DNA of 64,000 nt, taken from Geopsychrobacteraceae bacterium (GTDB lineage Bacteria > Desulfobacterota > Desulfuromonadia > Desulfuromonadales > Geopsychrobacteraceae). Shown one piece after another: positions 60,069-64,000 of the stretch. Position 1 is the stretch's first letter, and every line of letters starts with the position of its first letter. The DNA is taken from NCBI GenBank assembly GCA_963668145.2, contig CAXXJU010000031.1, forward strand, positions 55,989-119,988, in the 5' to 3' direction. A program made the position numbers and the translations under genes. The notes under the pieces were generated by a model. The model made no database searches. It saw only the letters and a list, made by a program, of their open reading frames with translations, and was not told the DNA's origin.

Positions 60069-60369
60069 GTTGAAGAAAAACAGATAATCTTTACATCAAA
60101 CGATCTTTCCGCCGGGCCTTGCGGACTAGGGACTACGTGAGCTTCGCTGCACGACATTGGGAGTGTTTCAAGGCTGGCGGGTTGGCCCAAACTCAATCTT
60201 CTGTGAAGGGATGATGTCCCGGAGACAGCACATGGATGTCTGGTCGCTGATTTAGCGGACCAAAAGAACAGATCAAAAAGATCGAAGGATGCAAGGGACA
60301 AGGAAAAACAGAGTCGCCACCGGGAGTAGGCCCGCGAGGTAAAGGGAAACCTCCGCTTTCCCCTTGACT
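60069..60369 (+). ncRNA. Candidate IS110 bridge/seek RNA in the 3' non-coding end
   Basis: About 300 nt of structured non-coding DNA containing CATGGATGTC (60231-60240, identical to the element's right end) and AGTGTTTCAAGGC (11/13 match to the left flank). Confidence 0.5.
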
Positions 60370-60528
60370 TTACTTATCATGGATGTCCCAGGTTTTCGAA
60401 CAGTTTCAACAATGGGTATCTCAACAATCGTAAATCTGGCCTCTGGAGATCTTGCTCACCAAGAGAAGGCACTCAGCGAGCATTTGGTTCATCTCCCGGA
60501 GTGGAAGCGGCTGGCTGATGGTGCCAAG

Positions 60529-60595
60529 GGCTAACCTCTCATTCCACCGGACCTGCGCGAAAAGCCGCGCAGACCGGTGAATTCAAACGTTATGC
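60529..60595 (+). other. Integron attC recombination site (67 bp)
   Basis: R'' GGCTAAC, 5-bp spacer, L'' ATTCCAC, central hairpin, L' GTGAAT, 6-bp spacer, R' GTTATGC. The extrahelical base is in the canonical position. Confidence 0.9.
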
Positions 60596-60629
60596 ACTCA
60601 GACATCGCTTGTCGTAGAAAGGATACGAA

Positions 60630-61643
60630 ATGAAGATAGATAAGATAATAAGTTTTTTAACCTATCCCGGAAAGCATGCTGAGGAGCAGCCAGAGATTAG
60701 CGGCGCTACGATTCCCAAAAAGGGAAAGCTTTTTAATATGTTGTCAGGGTTATTTGATAGTTCAGAGTCTGATTGCAACATACCGATAATATTCTTGACT
60801 GAAGATGATTCCCAAAATAATTCTGTTAGAGATGAAATTGTTCAGCTAGCTACATCAAAAAGCATCGGTGATGGCAAGATACTGGCTCAAAGATTGCAAC
60901 TTGCCACAACTGAAAAGTCCGGCATGGGTCTGATATTTTTCACAATTGGTAGTGATGGAGCCAACCATAAAATAGTAATTTCTAGATTTCCTGCAGATGA
61001 AGGTATCGTGGCCGAAAGATCCTCAAATACTCTTAAAGTAGAATTTGTAGAAGAAGTATTCTTGAAGAGCGCCTATTCGTATAAGGCAGTTATGTATCAA
61101 TTTCCAATCCCAAATCACGATCTATGGACGGGGTTTGCCGTGGACAAGCAGGTAAATCATGGTGCAAAAGAGGTTGCCGCTTATTGGATAAGTGATTTTC
61201 TTAAGTCAGACTTTCAAACAACTCCGAAGCAAGGCACTAAAAGATTGGCGATGGCATTGCGAGATGCAATATCAAGTTGTCAAGATACAAATATAAAACA
61301 TGAAATTGTATCGAGCGCGAAGCTCGCAAAAAACATTCCAAATAAAGCTATGTCAATTGAGGAGTTTTGCGACCAATTTCATTTGTCCGACGATGCCAAG
61401 GAGCATATTTGTTCTCAAGTTAAACCTGCACGCCTACTAAAGGATAAGTTTGTTTTCGATAGAGGGGAGTTTGATAAACATCTTTCTTACAAAATGGTTG
61501 AACTAGATAATGGAGCTATTCTATCGGCTCAAGCCTCGAAATTTGATGATTGTTTTGAGGCTACCAGTACCGACAACGACAATAACGTCCTATTTGTTAC
61601 CTCTGGCCGAGTAATTGATGAGAAGTTAAGGAGGTCAAAATAG
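60630..61643 (+). CDS. Hypothetical cassette protein, probable distant YejK/NdpA (NA37) nucleoid-associated family
   Basis: 337 aa. By-eye similarity to YejK as I recall it: LAQRLQLATTEKSGMGLIFF, KEVAAYWISDFL..TTPKQGTKRLAMAL, KFVFDRGEF. Confidence 0.55.
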   Translation: MKIDKIISFLTYPGKHAEEQPEISGATIPKKGKLFNMLSGLFDSSESDCNIPIIFLTEDDSQNNSVRDEIVQLATSKSIGDGKILAQRLQLATTEKSGMGLIFFTIGSDGANHKIVISRFPADEGIVAERSSNTLKVEFVEEVFLKSAYSYKAVMYQFPIPNHDLWTGFAVDKQVNHGAKEVAAYWISDFLKSDFQTTPKQGTKRLAMALRDAISSCQDTNIKHEIVSSAKLAKNIPNKAMSIEEFCDQFHLSDDAKEHICSQVKPARLLKDKFVFDRGEFDKHLSYKMVELDNGAILSAQASKFDDCFEATSTDNDNNVLFVTSGRVIDEKLRRSK

Positions 61644-61646
61644 ATA

Positions 61647-62249
61647 ATGGATATCGATGCAGAATATAGGCAGCGATGGGAGCAATACCTTAAGCCTATT
61701 GCTAACAAACTCCAAGAAAAACTTCTGGATGAGCTAAGGGGCGTGCCACGAATCGATAGGATATCTGCAAGAGCTAAAGACCCTATTAGATTCATGAATA
61801 AATCCCAGAAAACTGCAGATGGCAGACCAAAATACGATGATCCTCTAGTTCAAATACAAGATCAAATAGGCGCAAGGGTTATAGTCTTTTATGTCGATGA
61901 CGTTCTAGTTGTAGAAAAAGCGATTGAGGATTACTACAGGCATATCGAAAAGAAAGATTTGGTTCCAGAATCAGATAGTGAATTTGGATATGTAGGGAAG
62001 CATTATGTATTGAAGTTACCAGAAGATGTAATTGAAGACGAAGATGATAAAACCAAGATACCAAAATTTTTTGAACTTCAGATAAAAACGCTTTTTCAGC
62101 ATGCTTGGAGTGAAGCTAATCACGATCTCGGCTACAAGCCAGATCAGGAGCTTACGAGCCATCACCGTAGAAAGCTTGCATTCACAGCTGCTCAAGCTTG
62201 GGGTGCGGATCAAATATTTTCTGAATTGCTGAGAGATTTAGATGCATAA
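61647..62249 (+). CDS. Stand-alone RelA/SpoT-family nucleotidyltransferase (small alarmone synthetase-like)
   Basis: RAKD, IQDQIGARVI, FGYVGKHY and FELQIKTLFQHAWSEANHDLGYK. No hydrolase or regulatory domains. Confidence 0.9.
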   Translation: MDIDAEYRQRWEQYLKPIANKLQEKLLDELRGVPRIDRISARAKDPIRFMNKSQKTADGRPKYDDPLVQIQDQIGARVIVFYVDDVLVVEKAIEDYYRHIEKKDLVPESDSEFGYVGKHYVLKLPEDVIEDEDDKTKIPKFFELQIKTLFQHAWSEANHDLGYKPDQELTSHHRRKLAFTAAQAWGADQIFSELLRDLDA

Positions 62250-62261
62250 TAAGGCGCTGCA
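62244..62261 (+). other. Truncated attC left arm
   Basis: GCATAAT-AAGGC-GCTGCA overlaps the synthetase stop codon. GCATAA(T) is the complement of the upstream R' GTTATGC at 6/7 positions. Confidence 0.55.
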
Positions 62262-62269
62262 AGAAAAAG

Positions 62270-63313
62270 AAAAGGGGTCAAGTCTCGTTTTGACTTTTAA
62301 TTACTGACTGCTATGCTCTGTTCATGTCCAGACCTCTCCGAATAGAATACCCCCGGTGCCTGGTACCATGTCATGAACCGTGGCCGCCGGAAAGAAGATA
62401 TCTTTTTTGATCAGGATGATTTCCAGCTATTCCTGGAGATTCTGAAAGATACCGCGCGCATGTGGAACCTGCGTGTGGCGGCCTATTGTCTGATGTCTAA
62501 TCATTATCATCTTCTGGTACAAACAGCGGGTGGTAATCTCGGGCGTTGCCTGCGGCATCTTAATGGCGTCTATACGCAACGATTTAATCGCACGCACCGA
62601 CTTGATGGGCAGTTGTTTCGAGGTCGCTATAAGGCCGTACTTGTTGAAGATGATGAACATTTATTGCAACTGCTTCGGTATGTCCACCGTAATCCCCTTG
62701 AAGCCAAAATGGCCGAATCGCTTGAAGCATATCCGTGGAGCAGTCATTGTGCGTATCTGCCATCACGAAAGGGTTGGGAGTGGGTATTTAGGGATAAATT
62801 GCTGGCGATGTTTTCATCTTCCCCCAAAGAGGCCTTTGCTGGATATCTTCACTTTGTTGATCAGGACAACACTCCAGAAGTGCAGCATTTTTATTCTCTG
62901 AAAAACCTTCCTTCCATATTTGGGTCAGCAGGGTTTATTGATAGGATTCGCAGCCAGCTTGGTTCGTCACCTCGCTCTAAAGATGTTCCACAATCTGCAA
63001 TACTGTCTGTTGAGTTCACTGATATTGAAGCAGCTGTGTGCCGAGTTTACTGCATAACCAGGGAGCAGCTGCTGACTTCGCGGCGTGGTGAAACGAATCA
63101 ACCGAGAGATTTGGCTATGTATCTATTGCGCAAACATTCACGTAAGACTTTGGCTGAAATAGGGCAATGCTTTGAAATTGCCAATTACAGCACTGTCAGC
63201 AGCGGCATTATCCGAGCGCAGAAAGCGCTAAAAACAGATCATGTTGTGCGTAAGATCTTTGGAGATATGGAACAGTGTCTTCGCAAAAGTCAAAACGAGA
63301 CCTGACCCCTTTT
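62270..63313 (+). mobile_element. HUH (Y1/RAYT-like) transposase element bounded by 29-bp terminal inverted repeats
   Basis: AAAAGGGGTCAAGTCTCGTTTTGACTTTT (62270-62298) and AAAAGTCAAAACGAGACCTGACCCCTTTT (63285-63313) match 28/29. Confidence 0.88.
62324..63305 (+). CDS. Y1/IS200-like HUH transposase with a C-terminal DnaA-like HTH (frameshifted as sequenced in the C5 run at 62350-62354)
   Basis: MSRPLRIEYPGAWYHVMNRG after correction, AYCLMSNHYHLL (HUH), LFRGRYK, YVHRNP and YPWSS. C-terminal PRDLAMYLLRKHS..TLAEIG..F..NYSTVS. Confidence 0.9.
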
Positions 63314-64000
63314 CACGCACTGGCTCAAAGAACGCACCGATATAATGAGCAAAATCGAGGAGTAGTTTTTTTATCTCTGTGCAGACTTTTTCCCTATTGA
63401 TGTCGGAAGAAAATTGGGGGGCGATTATCTCTATTCTACCTGCCGCTGGATGCATATCTGCTCCTGGTTTTGGAACCCCTGTGGCCGTGGACAATTCTTT
63501 ATCGTGGTCCATATATGCAATCAATTTGACTATCCCGTTTTTGTGAAAGTCTCATGGAATTAATTTTGACAATATACTTCTGTCTGGGATGAGTCCGTTT
63601 CCTTTCTTCAACTTGCTAGGATTGCGCAATCCAAGCAAGTTACTTAGTTGTCGATAAAATGAGCAATGATCGTGAAATAATTCTATTGTAGCGCCCCTCT
63701 CGGAAGGGGAATGAAAAAAGGCTTAAAACTTAATTATTAACGATTCTGACAGCTTCGGGAGAAGGGACTGTTAATCGGCATTGAAAATGCCCCCCTGGGG
63801 GTGCGTTCAATATTGACCCGGATAGTTAAATAAATTTTCTCTATTTTGTTGGGCAATTGGCATCATTTTGGTTGCTTCTTGCCCCTCTTATTCGCTAAAT
63901 CGGCAAGGGGCCAGTCAGGATTCAATATGATTCCAATTCCCCCATAACAGGGCGTTGAAATACTAACCGGGCGGCGTCTCATTTTCTGTTTAGGCAGACA

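Larger units (their letters stand above)
58942..60387 (+). mobile_element. IS110-family element (ends inferred)
   Basis: Sub-terminal inverted repeat ATAAGTAA (58942-58949) / TTACTTAT (60370-60377). TTGACT near the right end. No target duplication beyond one C. Confidence 0.72.
58825..60534 (+). pseudogene. Probable cassette ORF interrupted by IS110
   Basis: Joining 58941 to 60388 reads ...IWEVFEC|PGFRTVSTMG...KRLADGAKG*, and the stop lies inside the R'' of the attC. The 5' part has stops or frameshifts. Confidence 0.45.

Noticed and set aside
58819-60393. TCCCAGGT direct repeat (58819-58826 and 60386-60393) as an IS110 target duplication
   Set aside because: IS110 elements do not usually make such duplications. 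The inverted repeat, junction promoter and restored reading frame all point to ends at 58942/60387.

Overview
The window comes from a Desulfuromonadales-like deltaproteobacterium, judged from the eukaryote-type citrate synthase, the dusB-ntrB-ntrC block, many sigma54 systems and a FapA/MCP chemotaxis set. 0-21 kb is mostly core metabolism: hisG-hisI, a lactate permease divergent from a GlcD/GlcF-type dehydrogenase, dnaB, ntrBC, dusB, gltA, an OmpA lipoprotein and methyltransferases. 21-32 kb holds DctB/DctD, two TAXI-TRAP transporters and a dimethylargininase. 32-39 kb holds two MCPs and FapA. 39-56 kb is a sugar-acid catabolic region: a PrpR-like activator, a COG4091-type oxidoreductase, TctCBA, OtnK/OtnC, a UxaA-family dehydratase with a TRAP transporter, and a FucA-like aldolase, with an intact IS3 inside. 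56-64 kb is an accessory region with a VWA plus J-domain pair, an IS110 with a probable 3' guide RNA, and a textbook integron attC site. That attC precedes an AT-rich two-gene cassette encoding a YejK/NdpA-like protein and a stand-alone RelA/SpoT synthetase, my best candidate for an undescribed defence or toxin-antitoxin system. The cassette's downstream attC is cut by an HUH/RAYT-type transposase element with 29-bp terminal inverted repeats. Two MITE families are scattered through the window. Seven genes carry single-base frameshifts in short base runs, most likely assembly errors. No tRNA, rRNA, CRISPR array or integron integrase was seen. All family calls are from motif recognition by eye; no database search was run.
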